Assembly: GCF_009914755.1 (NCBI RefSeq)
Contig: NC_060928.1
Direction: 5' to 3' (one strand)
Length of the DNA: 64,000 nucleotides
Source of the DNA: the human T2T-CHM13v2.0 reference genome, Homo sapiens
Shown: positions 1 to 13,394 of the stretch, one piece after another
How positions within the stretch are numbered: the stretch's first letter is position 1
How the letters are laid out: the number at the start of each line of letters is the position of its first letter
Notes under the pieces: model-generated
What the model was told of the DNA's origin: nothing
Database searches by the model: none
The model's input: the letters and a program-made list of their open reading frames with translations, nothing else
Program-made: the position numbers and the translations under genes

Positions 1-438
1 TGCCATCAACTTTGGGTTCTTTAGTACACCATCACAGAGTTGTATGTTAATTTGAAAGAAAGTGTCTAGAAGTTTTCCTAGTTCTTTGTAGAAAGCCCAT
101 ATTGTGAGAGGAGTTGGTCTATGGTCAATCCACAGCATTATCATATGCTCAATTAAGGAATCTATATTGCTCTTCTTGTAGGAAACAGGTATCACTTCAA
201 AATTCACAGGAGAATCGGGATTGGAGTTGATGAATAGAGTTGCTGATGAAGCCAGTACAGTCACATTGTGATTTCTTTGAATCAACTCTTCTAGAATAAT
301 CTTAATATTTAACCAATGGCTACCATCTGTAGGCCAAATTAACACATTCCCACTTAGAACAACTTCAGTCAGAGTCAAATTAAAAACCAGCATCTGGACA
401 AACTTCTTAGGCATGGTAAAATCCCTTATGGAAACCAT
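1..438 (-). CDS. UGT2A2: UGT2A2-specific first coding exon, partial (continues past the left edge); UDP-glucuronosyltransferase N-terminal domain
   Basis: Manual translation from the ATG at 438 gives 146 open codons: MVSIRDFTMPKKFVQMLVFNLTLTEVVLSGNVLIWPTDGSHWLNIKIILEELIQRNHNVTVLASSATLFIN...QLCDGVLKNPKLMA. It has a signal-peptide-like start and the GSHW catalytic-His motif, and is colinear with the ORF at 8443. A second in-frame ATG lies at 414. Confidence 0.96.
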   Translation of the reverse strand, partial: MVSIRDFTMPKKFVQMLVFNLTLTEVVLSGNVLIWPTDGSHWLNIKIILEELIQRNHNVTVLASSATLFINSNPDSPVNFEVIPVSYKKSNIDSLIEHMIMLWIDHRPTPLTIWAFYKELGKLLDTFFQINIQLCDGVLKNPKLMA

Positions 439-974
439 CCTACTGTAGATCCTTCAAGATGAAAAAAAAATCTTCAAAGTATATTTAGGTCAATTTTTAA
501 ATAAAGTAATATTTAGTGCGATGGTTACACTCAGTCGTAGGTCAATTGATCTTTAGATTAAAAGGTAAATAATATAATTCAAATTCCTATATGCACTAAC
601 ATCATTATTTCAGTAACAGAAATAAAATCTGGTTCTTTTTAAAGAAAAGGAAGCACGGGGTTATAAACCTACCATCTACATATTCTGTGATAATAACTAT
701 GATTTATAAAATACATCTTTAATATATTTTTCACTAAATTGAATAAACAACTTTCAGAGGAAGTTTGCTCAAACATTTCAAGGTGTTTTAGATTATATGG
801 ATTATAGGGTAAAATACTATGCATTTGATATAGAATAGCTTTCTTCTCCATAAAGCCAACTGATTGTTGTCTCCTATGCCTTTGTTACAGGGAATTTTTC
901 AGTTTCTTCCATATGACACAGATCAAGAAGATATGGACTGGAACTCCAAAGAATCACAGACTTTGTTATTCAGA

Positions 975-1200
975 GAAGTTAGGCAGACACTGGAGTTCAA
1001 TAGACCCAGATTCAAATATTGTCCTTTTATAAGATTTCTGACACCGGGTAATTATTCAGACCCTCCCATTCTCAGTTTTCTCAAAGAAAAATGAGAGGTG
1101 ATGACATTAATTTGTTATATTACTTTGTGGATTAACAATAGTATCTGTAAAGCTACTTTTCAATCTTCTTGGTACAGAGTAAGAGCGTAGTAATGTTAGC
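975..1200 (+). mobile_element. MIR SINE, degenerate
   Basis: agacccagattcaaat...ctcagttttctcaaagaaaaatgag resembles the MIR core. Confidence 0.6.
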
Positions 1201-2489
1201 GGTTTAATAAATTTGTCCAAAGATTGATTAGGAAATCAGTAGGCCAGCTACAGAATGACTGGCTAGACTTGGATATAGTGAGATCAGATATGGATATAGT
1301 GTTGCAATTCTTAGTGAATCCCAAACTGAGCAATAGCAATTATGTAACAATGCTGTTTTGAAATCATTACAGGCTACCATTAAAAAGAGAAATAAGAACA
1401 AATAGAGTGATTAAAAGGATAAAAATCAAAAATTAAGATTAGAAAATAAGTGACAGATTTTAAATTTATACTCAATTGCCCTTAAATTATGTAATTTCAG
1501 GCCCTTGAGTAACAAAAGAACTGGGAGGACAGAGAACAGGAAAGACAAGAGAGAGAAGTGATGGTTTTAGAATTTTTGCATTTGTGTCCTCTCAAGAACA
1601 AGCCTCAATTTGAATATAGTGGCAGTACCTTAAAAATTAATTAGATTTTTGAAACAAGGCAGCCAGAGAAGAGTGTAAATAATCTTAATGGTCTTCAAAA
1701 TAAGCCCAGTAAAAGGGGTTTAAAAATCTTCATAAAGAAATCTGTTGCTGTCAAACTTTCAATAAAAAGTAAAGAAAGCAAAACATTATAGAAAACATGA
1801 ACAAAAGTCTATCTATAAAATACTTAGATTTGTTCAAATATTGAGTTACATGTAAGAAAAATATAATAATTAATTAGGGATTACTCACAAATGTAGCTGC
1901 AATAGCACATAAAAGCTTATCAAAATATGCTCCAAAATCTCAATACATATAGATATCCCTAAATTACCCAGAGTAAGGGAAAAAATGATGATATTAGTCA
2001 ACTTCCACTTTTACGTAATATCTGCAGGGCAATAAAATATTTACCTAATTTAGTGAAGAACAATAAAATGTATATAACGCTTTTAATTTGAGTTGATTAT
2101 CCTTAAAACAACATTTTGTTTAGTAAAATGTATACAATCCTATTAGTCTGAATTGATAATCCTCATAGCAACATTTTGGTATGAAAGATTTTCTTTTCCA
2201 CTGAAGACATGCCCTTGCCTGAAAGTCTTCTCTTCCGAAGTGCTCCCTGAATATTGCACCTGATGGCTAGGATTCAACTCTGCTGGCTCTTTTTTCATTG
2301 TCTCCCCAAGGCCAAAAAAAGCCTGGAAACCAGCTTTCATACTGTTTTGGGGATGAGTGATTCAGTTTTATTTGAGTTTCTTGATTTGTATTTACCTAAT
2401 TCTCTAAAAGCTTAAATTTAGATGTACTTTTAGTTTTTCTTTGTTTTGCTAAACAGAAACAGTATATTCTAGCACTTTGCTTTTTACCT

Positions 2490-2680
2490 CAGAGTGGAGT
2501 CTGATATTAAATGATTCACCACTTTCTGAATTGTAACTAGGCAAGTTACTTAGCCTCCTCATTTAACAAATGATGAGAACAATGGCACCTATTTCCTATA
2601 GTTCTGGGTATGGTGTGACATAATGCAGGTAAATGATTCAGAACAGCACCTGGGCTCCATAAGTAATAGCTAGCTATGAT
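2490..2680 (+). mobile_element. MIR SINE, degenerate
   Basis: ggcaagttacttagcctc...agaacagcacctggg are MIR motifs. Confidence 0.65.
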
Positions 2681-5600
2681 ATTTTAGGGAGAGAATCTTA
2701 TTTTTTAAATGATCAAATTAATCCGATCTCATTACCTTGACCCTTCTCTACTCTTTCCCTCCTCCTACACTGACAGACTGGGGAATCTAGGGTTTGGTGC
2801 AGAATTTCTCAAACACTGAGAGTCTCCCCATAAGGCAGTCACTCTCAGTCTTTAGGCAGACCACAAGTGATAGGCTATTAACAATGCACAGAGTACCAAA
2901 ATTTACAAATTATTTATTTTAAGAAATATATGCATATAAAACTCAAGATTATATCCACACAAATTGTAACTTCCATTTCCTTTTGTTCTGATACTCTCTC
3001 ATGAGTGGGAGCGAAAAAGATAGAGTGATCACTATCTCTGAGAATTTCCAATGTCCCAATGTCAATTACATCTCCAATGTAATGCCGGTGGCTGTCATTC
3101 AGCTTATGGCTCATTGCAGAAAAGGGAATGATACTAGAAGATTTTTCAAAGATTCTAACCAATCAAGATCAATGTAAATTAAAACAGAAAAAGAAGAAGG
3201 AAGGAAGGAGAGAGGAAAGCAAAGGAATGATTAGTAAGAAAGAGAAAAAGAAAAAAAGGAAGACCTAAGTAGTAATGTATTATTCTACAGGAAAAGATTC
3301 CAGTGCATTTTTTCTTCTTTAAAATTACTACTGAAAATCAAGAATCATGGAAGGATATACACTTGAATGTGTTTCATTTCTAGCACTTTATTTTACATTA
3401 ATTACTCATGCTTAGTGAGCCCACAGTTCATGCAAAGATCTAGATATTATGATCATTCTTTTTGAAAATCTAGATTTCTTATTTACTAGACTTGCTAAAG
3501 TATGTTATTATAGATGGCATTCATCTTAGAGATTATTCACCTAATTATTCATATATAATGTTATGTATTTTTACATATTATATACCTCTAATATATAGAG
3601 ATTATTCACAAAAAAACCTTGTTTTTACAGTGGTTAAAGGGTAAAGTGCTGTTGGTAACAATATGTAATGCTTATGGATTATAAGTATTTTTAATGATAA
3701 AAATGTTACATTTTTCTCCCCTTAAATGTGCCCAGTTTTGGTGTTTTTTTTTAAATAAAAGTAAAAATGAAATACCTGGTTCCATTTTTTGAAATGCATA
3801 AAAATTCAAAAATTTTTTGAAGGTATACATTCGAAACTGTGGAACCCTTTACTTCCTTTCAGTTAGAGGTGACTTAGAAAGCTCTCCTAATGCCAAAAAT
3901 ATATCCCTAGACAATCCTCCCCAGACAACAGAATCACATGATGACCTACTCCTTAATGGATAGTAAATTATCTGGTGATACAATGGCCCAATTATATTCA
4001 TTTGACAAATCAAAAATAGGCAAGAAATAGAATAGCAGATTTTAAAAGCTAAACACATTGAAAAGAAGAAAAGCGTTCAAGAAAAATTTAACCTAAAATA
4101 TTCTGAACAGTTAATAGATTTGCACCTGAAATTTAAAAAGAAGGAAAAACAATTCCTAGAACAAGGAAATATGACATCAAAGCTTTGATATGAGAAAGAT
4201 TTTCATTTGAATACTATTTTCTCATAATTTTAACATGTTTGATATTTCCAAGTCTCAATATTCTTTTCTGTGTTACAACTTTTTTCTTGCAATGAACTGC
4301 AACAGTTCAAGGATTGATAGAAAATATATGTAAATCACTTATCACAGTGGCTAGTGCATAGGAAGATATTAATATATACTGCTATCATTATTATGATATC
4401 CATGAGTTTGAGCTAAATGCCCATGATCTGAAATAAAATGAGTAATTTTACATTATAAATACCCAATTTCTACCAATTAGCAGAGATTAAGGACTCACTC
4501 TGACCTTCTTATTGCATTCCACTGCAGAGAAGTAAACATAGGGAGTTGTTCTATTTATTTACTCAGGTGAGGCTGTTCGAGGCCTGAGTGGATATAAATT
4601 TGTTGCAATGATTTCATTAAAGAATTTTAAGTAAATATAGAAGATCAATTCAAATTACAAATTGGAAAGGAGTTATTTTTACAAGTCAGTTCCATTTATC
4701 ATTCTCCTTTATCATTCTACATCCACAAAGACTTGCACAAAAATAAGTCACTCTGTCATGTCAATACTTTACTTCTTACCTGGTCTTTTAAATATGACTG
4801 TTCATGTTCCTGGCATCAGTAAGAATATTGTGTTTTAATAAAGACAAACTTAAGTAGTCATTCTAAGTCAGAAGAGGGTAATTTGATCAGAAACATGATA
4901 TATCAAAATCAGAGGATAAGAACATCTTTAGAAATCTTTATTATGTTCCTCTGAACAAATTGTTAAGAAAGATTAGCCTCATGTCTTAAGACTGAAAGAA
5001 TAGTGTGCTTTTATTACCAGCATTAACTTACAGGCAAAATAAAATGGAACATGTGATTCTGAGACTGCCAGCCTAGGTAAAGTAAACTAGTGGATAACTT
5101 CACAAATAAAGAGCATAGTAATCATGAAAATTAGAATTCCAAGGTTGATGATGAGCAGTTGACAAAACTGAAGTGGTAGGATTGAAAATGTAAATACAAA
5201 TTGTGACCAAGAGACGGTCTATGTACATTCCGCTCTTATATGAACGGAGATGCTGCACATATTCAGAGTCCCTTTTAGTTTACCATACACCTGAGGATAT
5301 GAAGGAGATTTTGCCATCTTGACAGTTTCATTGCTTCACAAAACTTCAATTTTTTTTCTCTGCTTTCTTTTAAGATCTAGTTTCAACCATAAGATGTTTC
5401 CCATTCACTTTTATCTTTATAGGACACTTGAAGGTTTATCTATAATCATTGTAGCAAGGCTTGTATTCTCTGAATGACAGAATAGCTAGCTCTTCTTTTA
5501 CATCCCAAGATTTAAAGATCTGTTTTTGAATTTTGGGCCAATTACTTAACATACCCAGAGGAGGTGATGACTTTTGCTATCAGTGCTAATTATAATTGGT

Positions 5601-6359
5601 TTACCAGCTTTTGATAATAATCATTCACATGGCTGTAGTATCTCACATCCTCATTCACATACTAACCTATGCATATTTATTTTGATTGATACATATCAAC
5701 TTTACAGTTGTTTTAGAACAGAGATCTGTAGAAAAGAAGCTAATGTGTCAGTAGGTATCACTACACAGAAATCTCACTTTTTCTTTTGCCAACATTCACG
5801 CAACCCACTGTTTTACACAGTGCACTTCGTCATCTTTAAATTATTTTTAATAGCATTTAGGATGTTCATTCATTAGCTAGTAAACATCTCTAGGCCTTAC
5901 AAGCTCTGCTTAGCAAACATTACAGTCTCTGCAGTCTGTGCATTATTACTTTGTTATCAGTAACGAATGCACACAAATTAATGTGTCAATGTTAATAACC
6001 CATGAGATTACCTCTGAGATCTCATCCCGTATATCCAGCTGCTTACTGGATTTCGCCAAATATTCCCAAAAGTATCACATACACAGCATGTCCAAAATTC
6101 AATGCAATATTAATTTTTACTCTCCCATATTCGCTATCAGGGTTGATTGGGCCACACTATTCTAAAATCCTTTCAGATGTAAACTAATTTAGTCCTTTTA
6201 GTAGCCCTGTCAGAGATGAGATAAATGAAGTTCAGGTGCAAGGAGACTGAATTACTTTTCCCAGCCACAGACTGCTATGTGGATGTTGCCTGTAAGCACC
6301 TGCTCTCCCAATTGTGTTGCTAGGTAGTCTCATACTGCATTATTTTCCTCCATTTATCA

Positions 6360-7025
6360 GCTACTTCTGTAGGGCAGGCTCCTACCACATCTTTCCTAGA
6401 GTGATACATTAGTCTAGTCTCACACCTCTCAACTCTACTGCCACATCTGTCCAAGTGTTTTACGTAAAATGAAAATCAGGTCATAATATTTCCCTTTAGA
6501 TGGTCCTCAATTGCTTATTAGATTAAAATGTTTTTAGAATGACATACAGGAGACTTTGAAATATTCATTGAATTAATTCACTCATTCTTGCGGTTCCGAC
6601 GTCATTAGCATCTTCCTCCATGTCTCCCTACCTTACACTTGAACCTTCAGAAATACTAAATTATCAGAAATATCCATCGCACCTGTGCTGTTTTGTCTTC
6701 AACTTTGAGCACACTTTTCCTTCCCCATTCTTACCTTGCAGAAAAACTCACATTCAGTATTTTAAAATATCCTTATGCATTATCTGAACTCTGAAGTTTT
6801 TCAGAATAACTCACTCTGTCTGTCGCATAATACCTAACTCCTCTACATTTTGTATTTTGTATATATTTCCATATTTACATAATTCACATAATAAATATTC
6901 CTTTTAATGTCTGATTTATCTGTTTGTGAAATCCTTGAATCCATGGACTTTATTTTAGTCTTCCTATCTAAAAGAGTGCTTAGTAAAGAGTAAGAAATCT
7001 ATAATTAATGAAGAATAAATGATAA
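6360..7025 (+). mobile_element. L2 LINE 3' fragment, preceded by a minus-strand MIR at ~6140-6330
   Basis: L2-like 3' terminus gtgcttagta...aatgaagaataaatga and internal aaaatcaggtcataat. Confidence 0.5.
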
Positions 7026-7728
7026 AATTCAAAAGCATAAAAAATGGGCAAGGCCTGTTTGATTTTTAGACAAATATGTGTATAAAGGTATCAACATGAT
7101 CAATATAGGCTTTTATTCTAGTACCATTGATTATATTGTATTCATCAGGTAAACACCATATCACACTTAAGCAAATTAAATAAGCTTAGCATGGATAAAT
7201 CACCCTGATCAATGGTTGTAGTTCACACCTTACAATTAAAGGTGATAAAGCCTTAATGTATTTTGTTTCTTTATGAGCCTTAATATTTATTAAGTGATGA
7301 TCAGAGATTATCCACATATATGTATGTTCTTAAACGTGCATATTAATGTCTGTATTAATAATAAGCTTGTGGAAAGTTTAACATTTTCCGGCTTTCTCCA
7401 CACATCACTGCAGTTTCTAGGCAATTTCTATTTTGAGCATAATTATCTACATGAGATCCAGCCCAACTTTTAAATTGAAGTATTTGTCACTATATTTTAT
7501 CCATAAAAGAACTGAATTGATATATTTAAGTCCATGCAATTAGAAAACAACACACTGTACTTCTGAAGTACAATGTCTTTTATCTTCTTTTCTGCTATCA
7601 AGTGATAGTAATATATAGTACATCAATACTTGGAATTAAAAAAGAATAGACATAGGGAAATAAAGAAGAGGCTCTACAAAGGTCTGTTTGTTCAAATTCA
7701 AGTAATAAAAACAAAATTTGTTACATAC

Positions 7729-8443
7729 CTAAAGCTTTACTATAGTATGAATCCCATGATTTCCAAAGAGTTTCAAACATGTAGTCCTGTAGGTGGTAGG
7801 AGATGAAATTTCTTATTCTGTCAGTGAAAGACATTTGGTCGGTGAGTTCTGATAAAACAGCAGGAACATAGGAAGGAGGGTATGGTACCTTCCCACAGTG
7901 CTTTTCCACTGTTGAGGCTGGAGAAAACCTCAAGGAGTACATAAATGGAATTCCAAGTTTTAAAGCTACTATATCGCCACAAGGAAATACTGGATCAGAC
8001 ACCAGGACTTCAAACTTGCTTTTCTTTAGCTTTGCCATCAGCTGTTGGTTTTTAAGAACGCCATCACAGATCTCCTGAGACACCATGTGGAAGTCCTTGA
8101 TTACTTTGGCCATCTCCTGATAGAATCTCCAAATGGTTGAAGGAGATGGTCTATTTTCCAGCCATGTCAAAACGAAGTCCTTAATTACTCCTTCTATTCT
8201 TTCTTTGCCAAAGGGCACCTTATATATTTCAAATGTCAGAGATGGGTTAGAGGTTGGTGTGATGAAAAGTGCACCAGAGGCAACTAGGACAGTCACATTA
8301 TGCTCCTTTTTAATGAGCTCATCTATAATTATCTTAACATTTAGCCAATGACTACCTTCCATTGGCCAAATCAAAACATTCCCACCAAGAGTGGTTCCTA
8401 TGAGACTTATCTGAAGGGAGAACAGCAGAAGGTTGTTTAACAT
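7729..8443 (-). CDS. UGT2A1: UGT2A1-specific first coding exon (238 codons + 1 nt, phase-1 donor)
   Basis: ORF MLNNLLLFSLQISLIGTTLGGNVLIWPMEGSHW...VLVSDPVFPCG...WDSYYSKAL, with a signal peptide, His32/Asp150 dyad motifs and an NVT sequon. The donor TTAG|GTATGT is at 7729/7728, so the ORF-track extension to 7721 is intronic. Confidence 0.97.
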
Positions 8444-8520
8444 GATGTGGCTTGATGCAGAAGATTTGATGAGATGTGAAGCAAATGTTTTTCTCTGCTT
8501 TTAAAGAAAAAAAGGAAAGA
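8444..8520 (-). other. UGT2A1: 3' splice site (AAG/CAG tandem acceptor) and 54-nt 5'UTR part of the UGT2A1 coding exon
   Basis: Minus strand reads TCTTTCCTTTTTTTCTTTAAAAG|CAG|AGAAAAAC...CCACATCATG: a pyrimidine tract followed by a NAGNAG at 8500-8495. Confidence 0.75.
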
Positions 8521-9299
8521 CAAAATTATTTCTCAATTTTGAGGCAAACCATTAATATCCTTAAAAGCCTTCTTTCTAGAAAGTGATACTAGTCATAGTA
8601 GCTCCATATTTTAGGATATTTACAGATTTATGGGTAATGTGTCTTACTTCTCAAATCTGTTGTTTTAATTTTAGTGTTTTAGTTATGATTCCTGCTGTCT
8701 AATCCTCCTTTTGAACTTGATACTCCAACCCTTTTTTGTGTGTTTCATAATTGTTACATTTTTACTATTAAATTGGATAAAGCTTCTGTACATCTCAACT
8801 CTACATTCAGGCCTAGGTATTGAAACCTCAGATAGGACCAAAACTCATTCAGAAATTTAAAGATGTTAATGCTGTAAGTTTTTAAATTTTTAATGCATGA
8901 ATATAATTCCATTTATCACAATTAAACATTATAATAACAGTTACAATATATAAGATTGTCAAATAATATGTATAAATATATTACTATAAATATTTATAAA
9001 TTCAAATATTTATAAATTCAAATAATACTTATAAATAATATGTATAACACATATAGTATTATATTACTACTTTAGTAATATGTTTACAAAAATAGTTTAT
9101 GTTAATCCTCAAGAAAATATTATAAATAAATGAATAAAATAAAATATGTGCAAGAGATTATAGGTAATGCTAGTAGTGAATAGGAGCTATTTAAGAGAAT
9201 TACTAAGTCAAGCATACATCTACCAAAAGTGCTGTTCAAAAACTATCTAGCCTGCATGAAAAACAGCTACTTGACATCTAGATTCAGCCTTCAACAACT

Positions 9300-9710
9300 G
9301 CTAGCGTTTATTAAGTCCTTGTTATGTCAGACATTACGCAAACTCTTTAACACGTTAATTTCATTTCTTCCTTATTTTAAAAATTATCCAATTATGGATC
9401 TTTTATAATTACTCCCACATCAAAGAAAAAGAAACCACTGCCCAAAGAGATTGAATAATTTGCCATGTTCCTACAGCAAAATAAGAAAATATTACTTATT
9501 GGGTACAATGGAAATACAGTGTACACTACTTGAGTGATGGGTATACTAAAACCTCAGATTTCACCACTACACAATGTACCCAAACAGGACAACTGCACTT
9601 GAACCCCTAAATCTATAAAAATAAGAATAAATAAAAGATAGGAACTGCTGGTAGCAGTCTTAAGGATCTCTGACTCCCACAGCCTATTGTATTAACCACT
9701 GGGATAGATT
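9300..9710 (-). mobile_element. MIR interrupted by a ~150-bp plus-strand L1M 3'-end fragment (~9490-9640)
   Basis: MIR halves flank ttattgggtacaatg...tgagtgatgggtatactaaaacctcagatttcaccact...A-rich tail. Confidence 0.6.
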
Positions 9711-10319
9711 GCCACATCAAAATGTATCACGTCCCCTTACCAACTAAGGAATCCATATGAATAGCAGCCTGCCAAAAGCATGCTAACACAATACAAAATT
9801 GTGTAACGCACATTGGATAATATCGGATCAAGTAATTCAAGTAAAGCGATCTCTGTGAAAATATTATGTTTGTATGCATATGTCTGTGAATAAGCAGAGT
9901 GATCCTTTTCATGTTAATAAATCTTCTGAAATTATAAATTCTATATTTTTAGTAATATCATAAAAATGTCTCTTCTAAGCTCTCCCATCACCAAAGATAA
10001 TCTGTATGGAAACATCAACTGTTTCATTAAAACAATTACTTTTATAAAGTACTGTTCAAAGTTTAACAGAGTAATCATAAAATTCCTTGAGTGTATTTCC
10101 ATTGAAGTTTCTCTGCAGAAGATGTTATGGTGTGCACAAAATTTTTGCCTTTCTGGTGTCAGTCTGGTTCATAGTGACTTGGCAAGAAACTTTAAAATAA
10201 TTGTCATGATTCACTAGGATGTCATGATTCACTGATGTTATTTTCTTCTATTTATTTATTGGCAGGGAATCAGGTCCAGTTTTAGACAACTAAAATATAG
10301 TATTTTATTCAGGTGCTAT

Positions 10320-11036
10320 TGAGAGAGGAGAAAGCAAGAAACCAGTTAGGCAGATAGTTAGAACAAGGTCCGTTGGTAAAATTCTTTTTAACAAAAGGGC
10401 AGCCTGAAGCTGCACAACCTTCAAGCACAGATAAACAGGCAAGGTCGACCCTAAAACACCCTTGTCTTTTGTAACCAGCAAAAGACATATACATATACAT
10501 ATACACGCTGTGGGCTTCAGTGAGCATGTTTCTTTCCTTTTTTGGACATAATCAGATAAAATAACTTACACAGTGGGGCTTGCCTACAACATGCCTGGAG
10601 GTGCACAGATAAGATTAGTTACACAGAACCAGACATGTCTGTAATGGAAAAGTCCATCTCCTGACACATGCGCAGTAAGGAAACAGGGTAATAAGGAGTA
10701 ACTCAGGTTAAGGGCCTGCATGTGCATGAGAGGGAGTGGGTGGAGTTGTGAGAAATTCACACCTTTGCAAATAAAAATCTTTTTTTGTGTGCCATATGAA
10801 AATTAAACACCCCACCCCACTGGCTTGTTTATAAAAGCCTTTGTATTCAACTGAGAAATGGCAATCCTCTTGGGCCCCCTCTCTGCTGTGGAAAACTTTC
10901 CCCTTTCACTTATTAAACTTTCACTCCAACCTCACCTTTGATGTCCACGCTCATTAATTTTCTTGGTCCTAAGACAAAGAACTCTTGAGTAATACCTCAG
11001 ATAGGGAGACTGCTCCAGTGACCCTGGGCTGCTTCA
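10320..11036 (+). mobile_element. Solo ERV1-class LTR, MER50-like
   Basis: TG...CA termini, 717 bp, perfect 4-bp TSD CTAT (10316-19 and 11037-40), internal TATAAAA and ATTAAA. Confidence 0.85.
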
Positions 11037-12358
11037 CTATGTGTTTATTGGGTACCTACTATTCACACACAGCAGTACCTACTAGGTAGAAGAGGAATCC
11101 AGGAGATCTTTCTCATATTAATTTTATAGTCTATCAGTGGAAGATAAGAAAAATACATACATATCTGTGACAAAAATCACTGTAGTACATTATAGTCAGC
11201 AAGATATTAAAAACATAATTTAGATTTTAGAATAAATTAGGCCAAAGAATCCTAGCTTCACATTATGCTGCTTAATATTTATTAGACTCAATTTTCTCAT
11301 ATATAAAATGAAAATTAAAAACAACTTGAGTTTGAGAATATAAAGTAATAAAATAAAATAAACAACATATCTGTTAATAAATTAAAAATGAATATACAAA
11401 AAATACCATAAATTATTATGTAATAATACATACCACATATAAGAAAACTATATATTTAAATAGATACAATTGTATTTATTAAGCAACAAGTATATTACCT
11501 GGAGTAAAAGTGACGTTTAAAAATATACTATCTTTTTCATGTAATCCCTTCTCTTTCTCTTCCCTAGAGAAATTAACAAGGGCCTTCAGATGAAATGACA
11601 TAGGTAAAGTGTTTTCAGAGATCTGTAGAGATTACTTCCAGCTTTTTGGGGGGATTAACGGTAGGGTGGAGGATAGGAAAGTCTTCATGAAAGGTATGAT
11701 ATTTGATATTCATGCTGAAGTATAGGCTACCTGGATGTGCATGACAAGCAGTGCGCAAAAAGGCAATTGCTGTTATGCCACTAATGAACTTTAGTGTTTT
11801 TAAATGTTTTCTATTTTAATTTTTGTGGAGTACATAATAGACGCATAAATTCATGTGATACATGTGATGTGCTGATACAGCATAAATACCTCAGAAATAT
11901 GATCAGTATTAAAAAATTTCTCACACTAGTGAGGTTAAATTTTAGATTGATTTGTATTTTCGAATTTAATAGAAAACTAAATGAAGTTATATTCACAACA
12001 AAAGGCTTAAAGAGGTTGTTAAGTAAAAAGATTTGGCCTAAAATGTGGGTCTGAATTTGTGTTTGTAATTACTCTGATCTTAAAATCACTGAAAAGCTAA
12101 TCTGCCCTTGCCAGAAAAATTTTGAAAGAAACACATTGTATGCCTGTATCAAAACATCACAAATATGTCATAAATATATACCTATATATACTATGTGCAC
12201 ATAAAATTAAAAATAAAAATAAACTGTGTAATATGATTACTATATTTGTGAAAGCTCATGAATTCAGAGAAAAAAACTAACGTATTTCAGAAGAAGCTAG
12301 CATACTCAAATATTTTCATCTTAGAGAATGATAATAAAATATATACTTTGCTTAATTG

Positions 12359-12992
12359 TGTTACAGGTAATTAGATAGGCATTAGGAATGTCAGGTGACA
12401 GTTCCATGATTATCACACTGCCTCTCTAAAAATGAGAATTTTGCAGCCAGTAGTGCCAGGGAGAGACAAGCTCTTTATGATCCACAGCTGTTAACATTAA
12501 AGTGTTAATTGAATGCAGATGCCAGAGAGGAGCGACTGCCTGGGCACGTGCATTAAGAGACAAAATGTTGAAGTGTGACCATCCAAGGACACTTTACCAA
12601 AAAAGGGAAGAAAGCCTCAGATGAGCATATATACAACTTCCTAAACAGACTGTGCATGCTCATTTCCCAAGGGTAAGAAGGGCACTGCACATGTGGGCAG
12701 CCCACCCTAAGGGAAGAATCATGGAAAAGAGGCGAGCCTATAAAGTCCTAGGATCGAGGTTAAACGGGGCACTTCAGGTGCCCACTTGAGTCTCTTCCAA
12801 GTAAGTTTTCCTTTCTTTCCTGTTCTAAAGCCTTTAAAATAAACTTCCGCTCCTGCTCTGAAACTCCCGTCAGTCTCATCTGCCTGATGCCCCCCAGTCA
12901 AATTCTTACTTCTGAGGAGGCAAGAATTGAAGTTGCTTCAGACCTGTAAGGATTCGCCACTGATAACTCAGATGCCTTCTACTGGTTTAACA
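12359..12992 (+). mobile_element. Solo ERV1-class LTR, LTR9-like
   Basis: TGTTA...TAACA termini, 634 bp, TSD ATTG/ACTG, CCTATAAA and AATAAA in the expected order. Confidence 0.8.
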
Positions 12993-13013
12993 ACTGCATA
13001 CAAAAGGAGTTAG

Positions 13014-13394
<381 letters not shown>

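Noticed and set aside
2143-3162. Short minus-strand ORFs between the two UGT exons as a possible third or pseudo first exon
   Set aside because: No UGT motifs in the translations; a tBLASTn with both exons would be needed to exclude very decayed copies.
7721-7728. UGT2A1 ORF ending ...ALGM* as a complete 240-aa protein
   Set aside because: The stop lies just past a consensus donor; this is intron read-through.
8133-8351. 72-aa ORF antisense to UGT2A1
   Set aside because: Shadow of the coding strand with no independent signals.
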